A DNA stretch of 64,000 nt from Callorhinchus milii (Eukaryota): the NCBI RefSeq assembly GCF_018977255.1, contig NW_024704750.1, forward strand, positions 10,478,001 to 10,542,000. The letters are read 5' to 3'. The translations under genes were made by a program, and so were the position numbers. Under the pieces are notes generated by a model. The model was not told where the DNA came from and did not search any database. It was given only the letters and a program-made list of their open reading frames with translations. Shown here in pieces: positions 1 to 14,676 of this stretch (within the stretch, counting starts at the first letter, position 1; every line of letters begins with the position of its first letter).

Positions 1-3000
1 ACCACTCGGTTGAATTAATACCTATGATTCATAACTTAGACCTTGATATTATTTCTAATATTACAAATGGAGACAGGTGGTGGGTGAAGGGTGTGAAGAT
101 GGTTAGCTCATTCTCCTTTCATCTCTGAGACCCAAAGTTCGAACTCAAGTGAACTAATAGCTCCAACCTTTCTTTTTGGATACAACCTAAGCTAATCACA
201 AAAAATAATCGTTCTGCAATGTGTTTAAAAATGGAAAATAGTGTAAAATAAACCATCTATTTTAGCTCTTCCCCCTTCTTCTGCAAACTATCTGAAATTA
301 GTTTGGACAGTATCTACAGTTCCAATAAAGCATATGTACATTGCAAAAACTTTTCATTCATTTCATAGCCCTATCTCAGCAGAACCTGATGCTAAATTAG
401 CAAGTCTTGTGTCTGGGGCTAATACATATTTTTGGATAGAGTACAGGAAGCTTTACTCTACAGCTGATGTATGCTATACATGACCTAGGAGTCCTTAATG
501 CAAATACTATGGCGGTATTTTCCACTGGGAAGTGAATTAAGTGAGCCAAATCAGATAAAGTGGTGTGTTCTGCAGCATTGACATCCCTTTCCTTGGCTAC
601 TAAAATATTTTGCTCTCTCCTCCCCCCCAAAATGCTCCAATATTAGAGACATTCTTCTATAATAGCATGCCTGGCTCAAAGACAAATACTAATATATGTA
701 ACAAAACTAATGCTAAACACACAGGCATATTAAACTCTTCAATAGGCCAAGTTGTTTCTTTAAGTCAATATTAAGTTGATATCCAATAGCCCCAATTACA
801 TTCTTTGCTGTATGGTCTTAAATTGCACACTGAAAATATGGCACTTCTCCAGGAACAAGCAATTTGTGTTTGCTGCTCTGTATTTTACCCAACCCCAACA
901 GGCTCAATTGGTTATTTCATAGTATGACATGTTATTAGTCATTCAATTTAGGGACAGGAGAAAAACGCAGGGAAATCATTAGGTATTACATACCTGGCCA
1001 TATCCTTTCACTATTGCAGTGCAGAAAATTGTTCTGAACTACTTTATTTTTTTTACTCAAGACAAAGAGGTGAAAACACATACACAACAAACCATGTTGA
1101 GTTTTATTTGAATGGTAGGCACAATAAAAAGCAGAGTCAATAGGAAGAATAAAATAGTGAAAATCTTTACCTGTTTGAAAGCATGATAATCATGCATTGA
1201 CCAAGGCAAACCAAGTATTAGGGTGGCATTACCTCAGATGACACAGATTATAATTTTAAATCTGCTTTCCTCTCATTTCCAGAAATCATAATCAATTATC
1301 GATTAAGAGTTGTGGTATTTCATTGAGTTTAGTTAGACTATCAAAACGAGAAAAAAAATGAAGTGAGAGGCACACAACTGGTTAAAAATTAACTCTGCTC
1401 CACTTAATAGTCAATAATATTTTTTCTGGTAATTACACATCACTACCTCTCTTTGGGCTGAGGAGTTTTCATTTCAGTTCCAAGTCAAAGTTTATGTGTG
1501 ATCTACTAAAATATCTGTTGAGTCACAAATCACTATAATTTGCGTATAGTGATTAAATTTTACAGTTCTGAATTTACCCTACAAATGCCTGGGTTCTGTG
1601 TGTAATTTGCACAATGATTTATCAGATTGATAGTGGATGTAATAATTAATCTCGGCTTTCTAATATTTCATGCTAACAGATGCTAGGTTGCTTAAACCAT
1701 TAACATTTGTCAGCTGCCATTAGTAATTTCTCTAATGAGATTTTTGTGTTCTGCTTTTGAAAATGTAAGTGTCATATGTTATACATTGTCATATTTGATA
1801 ATTCCTGAGGCCTTTATTAAAGAGATTTACAGAGTTCAAAAATCCATAATTCAGTGCCATTTAAATTCATGAACTTGGAATATGACAAATTTGCACTTAC
1901 TTTTTAACATTATCAGGAGTGACCTTATAGCCACTTCTTTTTTTATCTCAAAGCATTCAGAAATGAGTTTGGTTTACATTTCAAAATCCCACCCATTCAT
2001 TATTCAGTCATCTGCCTTGCTTCTGCATTGTTTAGAATGCTTCATACACCATGAACTTGAATGGCTGTGTGCTTTTTTAATTTCAATTACAGCAGTATTA
2101 ACATTTTAATCCAGTTTAGATTCCAATTAAACTACTTCAAAAAAAAATCTCCTCCAGATGTGTTAAAACCTCTGGAGAAACTTCAGCTCTGCTGTGAATT
2201 TTTCTGATAACGAATGGAGATAAAATGTCTCCTGGTTAGTGCAACATTCATATTACTTTGCCTTCTAATCAGCAGATAAAAATTAAAGCTTGATATAGTA
2301 CGCTCTTTGCCATTATTTCTTTTCAATCTAACTTTCGGCACTACCGTCGAAAAATAAACGCAAGCTATTATGTCTTGTAATATAATTAGAATGATGAATG
2401 GGTGAATATGGAGAATTTTAATGCTCAGGTCTTTAATAAAAGGTTTCCAGAAATATCTGCAATCCAAGGACCAACAAAATGTTGTACTTTTGTAATACCT
2501 TTGATTTAGTAAAATTGTGCATGTTTGAAATATAAATAATTTTCTTTCTACTCAACCTGCTGCTGAATTATTTCCACCTTCTCTCTATGGTGCCAGCAAT
2601 GCAGCACCTCTTGGTCAAGCTCCAATGAATCTTTCAGGCACTGGGATCATGTTTGATATTGTCAGATGGCCTGGAAAATTAAAAACCCAATTAACGACTC
2701 AGCACGTGGGTCAACTTCTCTGCATATCAAAAGGCCTCCTCTGGCTATCTTACCCAAATTATATCCGTTAACAGCTCACTTTGCAGAAAGTGCAATAGCA
2801 GACCATTTATGAGTAATAAGTACTTTCCAGCTGATACTTTTCAAACATAAAATGCTTTCATGGCAGCAGAAAAAGTACAAGTCGTAATCAAATTGTCAAT
2901 TTTTCCTTGGAAATGCAAAGGATGCATTGTGACTGTAATTGTTAGCAGAGAATTGCACTTTATTCACAAACTGAACATATTTACATATTTGCCTAAGCAT

Positions 3001-4399
3001 GAAAGATTTCCTGTGTCTAGGTCTGTACTTTCTAAATAAATAGCATGACAATTTTTTTTAAAACTTCTATGAAATTTTATGTTTTTTTAAAAAAACATAC
3101 AGGAATAAAGAATTGACTGGACAAGAAAAACAAACTATGAAATTTCCCTACACCACAGAAGTATTAATGACCACCACAATGTTTACAATTTGGATGTGCT
3201 GCCTGGAGAAAACGTCAGCGTCAATTATAGCACAATGACTTAGTTTGTCATCTTTCATTGCAGAACAAGAGCTGACCTTGCTAAAGTTGTTTCATAAGTT
3301 TCTGCTCCTTCAATATTGGTTACCAAGTCACTCTGGATGCTAAAGAAAATAAACTACATCAAATTTACTATTTAAAGCAAAAGATTAATGGTTTCAAAAT
3401 CCAAAAATATTCAGACGTTTCCATTAGTTAGAAAACACTTGGTTGATAAATAACAGGAGAGATTAAATCGCTAATGCATTAAGTGTCTATGTTCGGACGT
3501 AAAAGACTGAACCTGATGACATGCGAGGGGTGGTAGAGCAGACTTGTGTTTATAACTGAGAACTGAAGAATGGCTTCCAAGGCACATTCTTTTCAACAGG
3601 AATGCGACTCACTATAATTTACCGTACATTCCACACAAGCTTCTCGTTAGTTTCATGGTTTGTACAATTTTTGTGTGTCCTGTAGAAAGAATTTGGCAAT
3701 ATTTTGTTTCATATCTTTTAGTGGTAAATGTACTTAATATGCGTAATAATTCTAAACTAGTTCAAATACCACTGTTGACCTGCGTAACACTAATATTGGC
3801 CAATATGAATAAAATCTGTATTTCAGGTAAAGACTATATAATAACAGACCTGGAAAGATTGAGCAATCTTGAGTGGTGATGGATGAACAGGACATTATGT
3901 TCTTTTTTTTCTGTCATGGTCTGTATTTTTCTGTCAGTCGACAACGAGAAGAAGCTAAAGACTCACATTGAGCATCAGGAGGGTGACAGCTAACCTGACA
4001 GGTCATAAGATGACTGCAGAATTAGCCTTACTTTAATTCTCACTAAAATTCACAGCTACTGACGGAGAAATGGGTACAGATATTTACCTCACACATTTTC
4101 TTTTCATTTCATGTGCAGATTAGATATTCTCTACTTGTTAACAAGATGAGCCTATAACATATACAATTCTACATTTAATGCCAGAGACCAAGCAGCAAGC
4201 AAGAAGACCTTTCTCTTTCCTTGTGATTGCAGCTAGCTTGACATGACACTAATTGTGCTATCTTTATCTAAATCCATCCAGGTTGACTCCCAGTTCATTT
4301 ATATGCTGGTTTCTACAAGGCGCAGTAAACCATGACCCAATGCATCCAATTGAATATGGCTGTCAAGAAAACACAAGATAGGATCACACACCATTTCAA

Positions 4400-4840
4400 C
4401 TTACTGTGGATGGGAATGCAACTATCTTTTCTACATAAACAGGAAAAAAACTTCATATTTGGAACCAATATTCAAAGCCAATACTTCTGTGCATGTTGGA
4501 GACGAGATTTAATTTGGTACTGGGAATATGTTTGAAATTCCTGGGGCCTACTAAAGGGTCTAAGATCTCAATGCTAATTTATGAACCATCGAGGTACATT
4601 TTCCTAAGCATCCTTGTTTCCCTGCAGAGTAACAGTAATTTATGGAATTTTATTATCCGCCTTCATTTCTATTTATGTTTACTTTCCTTGTTGGAAGAAC
4701 AACTTTTCCAGTACTCCTCGGTGGAAGTGGTCCTGTATCAATCATTTCACGTACCAGAAAACATCTTTCCCTCTCTCCCCACCGGGATATTTCAAAAGTT
4801 ATTTGATTCTTTTATGGAATATGCAAGTTAAGTATCAATG
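4400..4840 (-). mobile_element. Possible highly decayed CR1-type endonuclease-domain relic
   Basis: The minus strand reads roughly LHIP...SRWGERGKDVFWYVK, with stops and frameshifts, resembling the CR1 APE motif LNIPGY..RRDR..RKGGGVALYVK. Recognised by eye only. Confidence 0.3.
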
Positions 4841-7800
4841 CAGTTTGTAGCACTATTGTACACTGGAGTTGTCATTTTATCAGCTACACCAGTAAGAATG
4901 AGCTCAATTTGGAGCAGTAAATGAATGACCAGTTTTACCCAGTTGTTTGAAGTGACATTTCACTTTCTGATTGCCAATAACTCGCAAAGCTCTTATTCCT
5001 TCAGGTATAGAAGCCTCTTATATTTCTCTTTTACAATTTTGTAACCGAACACTTTAAGTCAATCCAAGCTTTTGCTAGTGGTTTTAAGTTGACACAAAAA
5101 TTCCTGGACGCGGACTTTAAAAGCACAATTGAACGCAGATTCGGGGGCTGTCTGATCCCATCCAATCAGCCACTTGATTTAACCACAGCATAAGCTGATT
5201 TTGCTGACATGAGTGGAAAAACCTCTTTTGATTCATCTTGGCAGAAACAAAATAACTAATTCATACAACCTGATGTGAAAATAGATTAAAAGATTCTATA
5301 TTTTGTAATAGCTTCTTCTGTGTTTTACAAGTCTTTCAGCATGGTTTAAGACAGCCATTTTCAAGACCTGATTATTAAATATTGCTGTTTCTGTCGGCAT
5401 GGTTTGCCCTCGCTAAAACTGGTGAGACCAGATTACAGTGCTAGATAATCCAAGTTACTTTTTTGCCAGCTATTTGGCTATAGTGTCTCATTGCTTGAAA
5501 TCCACCTTGTGTAGTTAATTTCATTTCTTAGGCTCTGGCAAGTATCAACTTGAACAGCAGTTAAGACAGTCATTCCAAGTGAAGGTGATGATATCCTCAA
5601 TAAAAACTAACTGATTGTGACGGTATAATGATTATCGCCTGATAATCTACATTACCCAGAAATAATTATATTACTTTGAAAGATATTTTTATACTCAGTA
5701 ACTCTACTTATTAAGTCTTATCAATGCCATTTTTTGTTTATTTAAGTCATGGACATCAATGGAAATTATAACACAGCATTTACGATGGCAAATTGCCTTA
5801 ATTTTAGACCATCCAAGGCCTCTCTGTAGCTCAACAGCAGTAGGGAAGTGAAAAATATGCAGATTGGCAACTGCTCCACAACAATACAGCAATAGAGATA
5901 ACACTTGTACCTGCGAATGCAAAGAAAACTGATGTCACAGTGTTTCCTGTGCTGCTGAATAGGTCACTTTGGTTGGTGGAGCATCAATACCGAATTAAAA
6001 ATCTGCAAACTCACAAGAGATAATCAGCCACAGCATCATAATGCTACCCAATAGCACAAATGAATCTGCAGCATCTTTGCCATTCAAGTCATTCATTAAC
6101 ACAATTGAATGAAATTCTACAACTGGGGAAAAAAATACAACAGAAAGTTAGCTTCATGCCGCTCCAATGTATAATGAGAATTGTAACCTCCCAATATGCT
6201 TTTGAGTTTCCAAATTCAGGACCACAACCAAACTGACTTCATGTCCATGACAATTGCCCTCCTTTACATCCAACACTGCCAAAATACAGGTTGAAAATTT
6301 GAATAAAAGTAATTCTTCAGCAAATGACCACTTTATATTGAATAAGCTGGACCATCATAGACAGCACGTCTAAATTGTAAAAAATAAAGAACTATGTCCC
6401 GCTCAGCAGGTTTTCACTGTTTGCCAAGACAAGGAAACATGTTTTGATTTCGCCTGGTAATATTTTTTTCCAAAGCGGATTATGAAATGACAGATATTCA
6501 GTAAATATAGGTTCACAGAAGCCTTTTTATTAAACACAAATGACAGAATCATAGTTGGAAAAAAGAGCAAGAAAAACAAATTCTGTTTCTTTGGTGTGTT
6601 TTTTTCCTCATTTATCTTCATAATAAATAGGCTTGTATTTCCCAGTGTGCCATTTGGAAAATATTGGGTCATTAAAAGTAGTTTATATATTGCAAGATGG
6701 ATATCAGATATGACACTTACAAAAGTTATTTAAAATCAGAGTAATGTAACTTGATTATTTTTAATATTGATATAAGGATTCGGAAACAAACTAAGCACAT
6801 ATATTGCACATACCCTTCACAATATACAGACAAAAACATGCATATGCAGGCATCTGAAACTGAAGGCAAATACAATCCATTGTCTTGAATGTAATGAAGT
6901 CTGTCATGTGAGATCAAAATGCAGAGAATATTTACATTTTGCCACTCACTGTGTCTACACCATGCGACTTACAATTTTCCCACATCAATGGACATGCTTT
7001 AATGCATTATGCAGTCATGACTCAATGGCCTGGCCATGTCTGTTGCCAATGAGTACTAGCGGACAAACAACTGAAATTTACATTAAAAGGACAAACATGT
7101 GATGTAAAAATATGATGACGTTTTCAGATTACTGGGTAAAAACAGATGATTTTTTGTCCAATTGTTCTTAGAACTATTATTTTATTAAGGTTCTGGACAT
7201 TCCCGATACCTTTCAACAAACTGAAACCTTTTAAAATGTAGAAATTGAATTTCATACAATTATAAAAAGATTACAACTACACTATTAACACAGCACATTA
7301 ATGTATACAATAACTAATAGCATCTGCGTTCTGCCTCTTGCTTAACAAAGGTGTAATTTTACATCAAAACACATTAAGTAGGTTGTGTTATTAGGATTCA
7401 CGTGTTCTTAAGATTTTGAACCAAATGATTTTACTAGCCTTTCAGAATATAAATATTTTCGATATTTTTATTTTGATATCATAACAAGTGGTTCTGGTTC
7501 TAACATCAGTCTATTCCGAAGCCTATTACTAAGCTGATATGTCATAAAAGCTCCCTTTTAAATTTGCTGTGAATGTTGCATCTCTGGTGTTATAATAGGC
7601 AGGATATCAGTTCAAGCCTTCGACATTTTTTTTTGTTTTGACTGATTATTCTGATTCTGAATATTTCACCAAAAATCTGTCTATTATGGAAAGATTCTGC
7701 TCTTTCTGTCACAGTACTGAAAAAAACTGCTTTAGAAGACATGACACCAATATATATTTTTTAGTGCACTCAAATAAAACAGTTATCTTAAAATTGTATC

Positions 7801-10604
7801 TGTAGCGGTGGCATTGTGGATTAGCACTCAGCCAAGAAAAAGGGCAGAGGGCTGAGACAAGTAAGCATTACATTCTCTGGGAAAAAAAATACACGGCTAT
7901 TTCATTAAAAAGCTTTAACCAGCGCTGCTGTTAGCACCATCTTTTTGATGGAATAAAATAAAGACACTGAAACAAAAAGTGATTTAATCACATGTACGTC
8001 GAGGAACAACTCTTAAGTCCTCAGTTGGTGGATTGAAGTAGGGAAGGAAGGGCCTCCAGACTTACTAGGTCTTTGGGCTACTATCCCACTCAGGTGCTAG
8101 CCAACAGAACTGTGCCCTCACCACAAGTTGAATCAAATGCAAATTTAGGTATGAAAACGCAGCACTGCTTACCATGGCTCACTGTTAATAGAATTGTATT
8201 TTTACAGCCGGATGCACATGAACGCTATTAATGTCATGCTTGTGCTACCGCAAAATACGATGATAGAATTCCTCCCCATGATCGTTGCACACGTGCGCAG
8301 CATCATAGCAGTCAGCCCTTGTATGCCTCACTAAAATGTCAAGTGACTGTCAATTTTACACCATCTTGCACAATCACATACACACAAGCATCAAGCAAAT
8401 CTGGGCATTTTGTATCCAGCTTGCACTCCCACAATGAAACTGTTACTGGTAAAAACTGAACTGATATGCAAGTGTTAACTGCTGTCAAACAGTACAAGCC
8501 AAATGCCCACATTTTTTTTAACAAAGTTAAGATGCAGCTCAGAACAGAATGAAAACAAGTTTAGAAAAATGTAATAAATTCAAAACCTGTCAAAGATATT
8601 TGAAATAACAAATAAGCAACCTATTTATATAAACCATATTTTACTCAAATCAGCACAAGATCAGTTTATATTAGGAAAATGTCAATGAACGTTACAAGCA
8701 GTTGAATGCTAAATACAAGATTCGACATGAGAGTGTGAATAACATTACAACTTGAGAAAATGAAGCATCTCACAGTTCATTTAATGTTTAGGATTTTCTA
8801 CAATCAGCAAATTCATTTGCAAATTTTTTTATTTTTTTATTTTAAAAAAATTGTGAGATGCTTTGAGGTTTGATTTTTTTAAAAATCTCACAATTGGTAT
8901 AGTGAAATTCAGGAGGAGAAGCCAATCCCAAGCTGTAAGATACCGAAAGTACATTATGAGCATACACCAGATAAGAACGCTTCATGCGACTTTAATACCA
9001 AAGATTCAGAACAGATAATGCACCTGATCTCAATTCATGGTTACATCCAAAGTTATTAAGAAAGGCCTGATGTTAATGTTCTCATTGTAATCAGTGTAAT
9101 AATATGCTAAAACAGAATTATCCAACTGGAAGAATAAGCAGCAGTCCCTCCAGTGGTTGTCTGTATCTATTCTCCTGCAGTTGCACTGTGTTGGTCAAAC
9201 AAATTAAATTACTGTAGCAGTATGTAAGTAATTTCATGTAAATTATGGTGTTAATGTTCTGCAACACACTCCTGCCAGTAAGCTGGTGCATTCTGCTGCA
9301 ACAGTGCTTTCTTCACCCTCCTGGTATCAGACAAGTATATAAAATGTGTCCAATCAATTTTCACATGCGATTACAATGAACCTATGGCAACTGTTAAAAT
9401 ATTTCTTTTTAAAAAAATACACCCCTCTAAAAACGGATGAGATTGCTTAAAAAGTATCTTATGAGGATTCAAAGACAAATATTTCACAGTACTGGATTTT
9501 AAATAAATGCAGCTTTTAGGAATCAGTGGCTAAATGACAAGCACTAACACAAATTTCCTTTGGCATGGACATCACATTTATTTTTGTAAAATCCCGTAAT
9601 GAAAAATCAATGGAAAATCTTCCAAGGTCAAAAAAATCAGTGCTATCTACAGAACTCAAAATGAAAAAGGTCATTCTCAGATCTGACAGATAACGCCAGC
9701 TTCTATGTACTATGTTTCTATACTGATATGAGGGAATACGCAGAACTTTCAGAGCTAATTGAGACCCTACAATCTGCTTTGAAGATATTCCTGTTCAGTA
9801 ATTTCGACCTGATTTTTTAATACACCCGTAATAAGATGTTCAAAATTGTGATGCACCCGATAAAGGTTAATCTGAAACAACAGTGTATCTTCCAACTTTT
9901 AGTATCCTTTTCGGCAATGCAGAGATTTCATTCCATTGCAGCTTTTAATTTTGTGCGCTCAACCATTTGTGTGACTGACTGTGGAGCCGTTACATGCTGC
10001 AAGAGCCGAGCGGCATTGTTGAGGTTCACTCTGATTTGTATTGTGATCGTTTCAGAAAATAAGAAGTGTATCCTTGCATCTCATCAAAGCCTAGCTAATG
10101 AGATGACTGTCTTTCGAAAAAGGAAATGATGAAGCACCCATGCCATAAAGCATAAATTAATGCTTCAGGGTTAAATACTGGAACTAACTCATGTTTCAAC
10201 AAAGGCCCTTACCAGTAGTTAAATTAACTGACATAAATACCTTCTCTATATATAGTCTTTAATTTACTCAAAACTGATTTTTTCTCTTTTAGCTTCACAT
10301 TTGTGTTGCAGGTATAATTTTTTTTGCAAATTATTGCATGCACCATTTGACTCAAGTAAAACCCACTGTAACTGGACAAGTGTCAGCTCGGAGCAATACA
10401 CAAATAGATCAGGGTATCAGCCTTATAAAGCAATGGATATTGCAGATGAAGCCATTTAAAAATGCTATTGATGGAAAATTAATGATCTAAAGAAGGAAAC
10501 ACTTAATTACAATGAGGTCAAAACTAAAGATTCTAGCTGTTTCAGCTTCTCATAGGCACTATGCAGTGTTGAAGAAAAGCTATAGTGATAATAGGTTTGA
10601 TACA

Positions 10605-10808
10605 NNNNNNNNNNNNNNNNNNNNNNNNNNNNNNNNNNNNNNNNNNNNNNNNNNNNNNNNNNNNNNNNNNNNNNNNNNNNNNNNNNNNNNNNNNNNNNNN
10701 NNNNNNNNNNNNNNNNNNNNNNNNNNNNNNNNNNNNNNNNNNNNNNNNNNNNNNNNNNNNNNNNNNNNNNNNNNNNNNNNNNNNNNNNNNNNNNNNNNNN
10801 NNNNNNNN
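10605..10808. other. Assembly gap (204 N)
   Basis: Run of N seen directly; ORFs spanning it are artefacts. Confidence 0.99.
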
Positions 10809-11221
10809 CTGATTTGATCATAACCACTAATTGGATGATCATTTTTGTAAAGCCTTTCAAATGGTTGACAGTTTCTGTCTCTCATTTTTTTAATGGACTT
10901 GCTCTTTGCTTCCTGAACAAGGGAACTAAACATAGAGGTTTGCTGAGATTCTTGGTGGTTCTGGGGAGTCTACAGGTGTAATTGTCTCAGTTTTGAACAG
11001 ACCTTGTCCCTTAATTAGCTGCCTTCTCGGGACCCCTAATGAGAGTGGCTTTTTTTGATAATAATCTGAGAGAATACCTGATGAGCAAGACTCTCCAAAG
11101 TCAGATGCTTGTCAGCAGACACCATACGACAGCAATTTAATGAAGTTAAAAACTGACCCGCTTCTGAATGCTGGACTGGCACCCATGTCGTACAGCCTTT
11201 TGATTCCTGTTAGTCTGTTTC

Positions 11222-11434
11222 TGTTACATGTGTCAAGTGAATTAGGGTGGGAGCTCTGGAGAGAGATGGGGTAGAGGTGAAGGAGATAGGAAGGGTACAT
11301 TATAAATAGGAGCTGCAGTTACAATCGGCCATTCTCTGCAGTGATTTTAGTTAATACATATATTGATGGTTTCACATAATGTAGAAACTGTCTATTGTCT
11401 AATTCGTCAAATATTATCGTTAGTCATCGTTTCA
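11222..11434 (+). mobile_element. Possible solo LTR (or TATA-containing promoter-like segment)
   Basis: Begins TGTTAC, then a G-rich block, TATAAATAGG at 11301-11310, GGCCATTCTCT, TTAATACA (degenerate polyA signal), and ends TTTCA. No target-site duplication found. Confidence 0.3.
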
Positions 11435-12359
11435 GCAGCAAAAATTATTCAAACCCATTCTTGCAGCATTATTTAGTAACGTACATGAGAGCATTATTTT
11501 ATTTTTAAAAAATACCTACCGTTGAAATGTACCACTGAACTCATTTAATTGTGTATTTTCATATCATAAATTCCTATCCCTACAAAGTGTACATTTGTAA
11601 TGCAATGCGCATTTCTGTTCATTATGATGTAAAACCTTATACTACTCATGTGGGGGGTACAGACTGTTGAATACATTTTTGTTAGTCAATGACCTCTCAT
11701 TTGCATAATTTATTCAGGTGCAGAAACTGGGACTAATTTCCTACTTCACCCATTCCCCAGAACTGCCTCAGTTACTGTTCCAAAAATAGCATATTTTAAT
11801 CATTTGTCTCACGGCTGGTCTGAATTTCCATCACTCTGACTTATTGGCATCATAAGTGTAAATATATTTTCAAATCGGCAATTTTGGAAAGAAACTGAAG
11901 TGGGAAAGGTGTTCCCATTGTCAGCATTGAGTGCTAACCCACCATCTGGCCCTCATGCATTTTATTTATATTCTTGTAATATTTTAGATGCCAAAAGGAC
12001 AGTCCTTGAAATATAAACATTTTTTACATGACAAGTTACTGAAAGGCACATTGTCAGGGATTTTTTTTCTGCTCATAATTTTGAACTTTCATCTGCTAAC
12101 GACATTTTTCCAAAACAAAGTGGACAAAATATTCAGGCAAGAAATGCATTACCTAAAAATATGGACATTATTACACCCTCAAGATCTATAATAGCACAGA
12201 TTTAAAATATACTTCAACAGCAAATAAGAAATCTTCTATTGTTTATCAATATAACTCAGTGCTTTGCGAGTATTGATCCATCTCACATGCTTGATAGTTT
12301 CTATATTTAATATTTTACCATAAAGTATTCTCTTTTTACTTGTCATGACCTGCCTTATA

Positions 12360-12492
12360 TTGTGAGTTAACATCTCACACCAGAGACTGAGTTTATAATC
12401 TAGCCTGACACTAGTGCGGTACTGAGGAACTGCTGCATTATCAAAGGTGCTGTCCTTTAGTTAAGTAAGATGTTAAATCAAGGTCCCTTCTG
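12360..12492 (+). mobile_element. DeuSINE (SacSINE1/AmnSINE1-like) fragment
   Basis: ccagagactgag..ctagcctgacact..gtactgaggaactgctgcattatcaaaggtgctgtccttt..gatgttaaatcaaggtccc matches the recalled Deu domain and the copies at 14370 and 33733. Confidence 0.75.
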
Positions 12493-14072
12493 TATTTGTA
12501 TATTAAATGTATAAACTAAATTCACTCAACCAATTTTCTTGCTTGGTTTTATTTTCTCATTTTAATTTTTACTTATCCCAGTTTAACTGCCTTGTGCGAT
12601 GGTTCACTCTCATGTAAAAAGGCATGTTAAACTGAACACAGGCCTCTGCTAATGGGGTTCTGCAACGAGACCTCCAGAGCTACAGACTGACTTACCCTCT
12701 GATTTCCCCTCCTCCCCTATGGGTAAGCACTTCACCTCAGCTTGCTACTCTCTCTGACAACCTGACTGAAAATGGGAACTTGCCAAGTGGAGGCACTGGA
12801 TAGCTGCCCATATGTTCTACCATTATATAGCAATATGCATTAGGATAACATACAGCACCACTGGGCTTGACCTCTGATATATCTTTCAGGTCATTTAAAA
12901 TTTTGTGAGCAACAAAACAATTCTTTCATCATTGTGTTGTACCCATCCTTACTGAACAAAGTACTCTTGTTTATTTTATGGAAACATGCAATTCATAGCA
13001 TAGTGTTCTAACATGTATATCCAACAAAGGGAATACTTAATGTTCTGGCATCACATAATTATGTGGCTAAAATTTCCTACCATAAAATCTTTTAATGATT
13101 TGCACCAGGGGCTCAGATTACACACCAGAACCAGCAAAATATGACTGTCAATAGATATGAATGCTTTGTTAACATTTGTTTGCATTTTCTCCCTTTTCCT
13201 CTGTCTTGGTATCTCCACATTACATACAATTTAACTTCCCCTCTTAGAGGATGACCTGCTACTGCACCTCTGCCAATACCGCTTTTTAACTAGCCAAATG
13301 GGACATGTACCAAACTGGCCCTTTGAATTTAAGTCCCTTCCTGTGGGAAACACCTGACTTTCATTGGCGAGTCTCCATGATCGCACAGGGAGACCTACCA
13401 TTGTGGGAATTATAGGCGAAAAAACGGCATCCTATAAACTGTGCCATTGCCCATCAGCCTACTGTACCATTAGGACATCTGTTTGCCTAGAGAGGCTACA
13501 TACCTTATTTTAGCCACCAAAAGAACAGTATTATAAAAACATTAACAATGTAACTGTATTTCATGAAGGCCTCCAATGTTGGCTACTGCTCTCAGCAGCA
13601 TTAACAGGTTACCACAGGCAGCTCATCTTATCACCTACCTACTTAGTGGATTTTCACTATTGGTGTCAACATCATAAAAGCAAGAACCACAGGCAGCACC
13701 TGTGTTAAATACAAACTCCTCTGACAAGTCAGAGCCACTTCAAAAACCTAAGCAAATTATTCCCCTTATTACCACTGACATTTAACACACAATGGAGATT
13801 CAGGCACCCAATGGCCTGCATTGTCTCTAATTTTTTCTCCTGCACTTTCCCTGACAGATTATTGTACCACCAGATAAAATTCATCGTAAAAGAACCCAAA
13901 TTATCAAGTCTAAAATCTGGCCCCAGATTCTAATCTGTTAGATGGAGATGATGATAATGATGTGGATTATAGGCTGCTCCGTAACCCACACAGTTTTGTG
14001 ATCAAGCTGATGGGGGAGACTTAATCACTATTCCTCACCTTCTCCTGAAATGGATCCCTCTATTGTTCTGCT

Positions 14073-14091
14073 GTGCTCCACCTAGTGGCAC
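14073..14091 (-). promoter_or_regulatory. Candidate CTCF site
   Basis: Minus strand GTGCCACTAGGTGGAGCAC fits the CTCF core CCAC(C/T)AG(G/A)(T/G)GGC with one mismatch at the last core position. Confidence 0.55.
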
Positions 14092-14164
14092 AGGTGAGGG
14101 TAGGTAAACATCATGTCCATTTGCTCTGGGATTCCAGTGTGCACTTCAGGGGTTGAAGAATTAA

Positions 14165-14280
14165 ATTCACAAGATCAGTTTGGAGGAAGAAGGTTATTTG
14201 GCCCATTTGATCACATCCCTCCAGAATACCCACTCTACCGTCCTCCCATTACACCATCAAGCTGCTTTTTAATTCACAAC
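14165..14280 (-). mobile_element. CR1-type LINE 3' end relic
   Basis: gaagaaggttatttggcccat..cctcccattacaccatc is similar to the copy at 22271-22500 (gaagaagatccttcatcccat..cctccgattacacc). Confidence 0.5.
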
Positions 14281-14369
14281 ATTCACAATCCTATATTATT
14301 TTAAGAGCTTTGAGGCGTCCAGCCAACGTGAAAGACATATAAGATGTAAATTCTATTCTAAATACATAC

Positions 14370-14676
14370 CTGAGGAGTGCTGCTTTGTTGGCTTTAGCGT
14401 TCTTCGGATGAGACGTTAAACGAGATACTGTCGGCCTTTACAAGAGGACGTTAAAGAGTCCATGGCACAATTTGAAAAGAGAAGGTAGTTTCTCCCAGTG
14501 TCTTGGCCAACAATTCCACAGATAAAATTGGGCATTCATTTCATAGCTCTTTACGTTGAGTGGCAATTGGCTGTTGGGTACAGCTACAAAATAACCAGTC
14601 ATTACGCTTAATAGAAAATCTTGTGAGATGTCCTTCCAATGTGAAAGGCATTAGATCAAATGGAAGGATTATTATT
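14370..14676 (+). mobile_element. DeuSINE (SacSINE1-like), 5'-truncated, with tail
   Basis: ctgaggagtgctgc..tcggatgagacgttaaa..catggcacaatttgaa..tctcccagtgtcttggccaa (Deu domain), then caattggctg..gtgaaaggc..atcaaatggaaggattattatt tail. Confidence 0.85.

Noticed and set aside
95-150. LF-SINE-like tRNA head (also ~8120-8180 and ~54525-54590)
   Set aside because: Too short and decayed to assign without a profile search.
10507-10933. Long ORFs around 10.5-10.9 kb
   Set aside because: They are open only because they cross the N gap.
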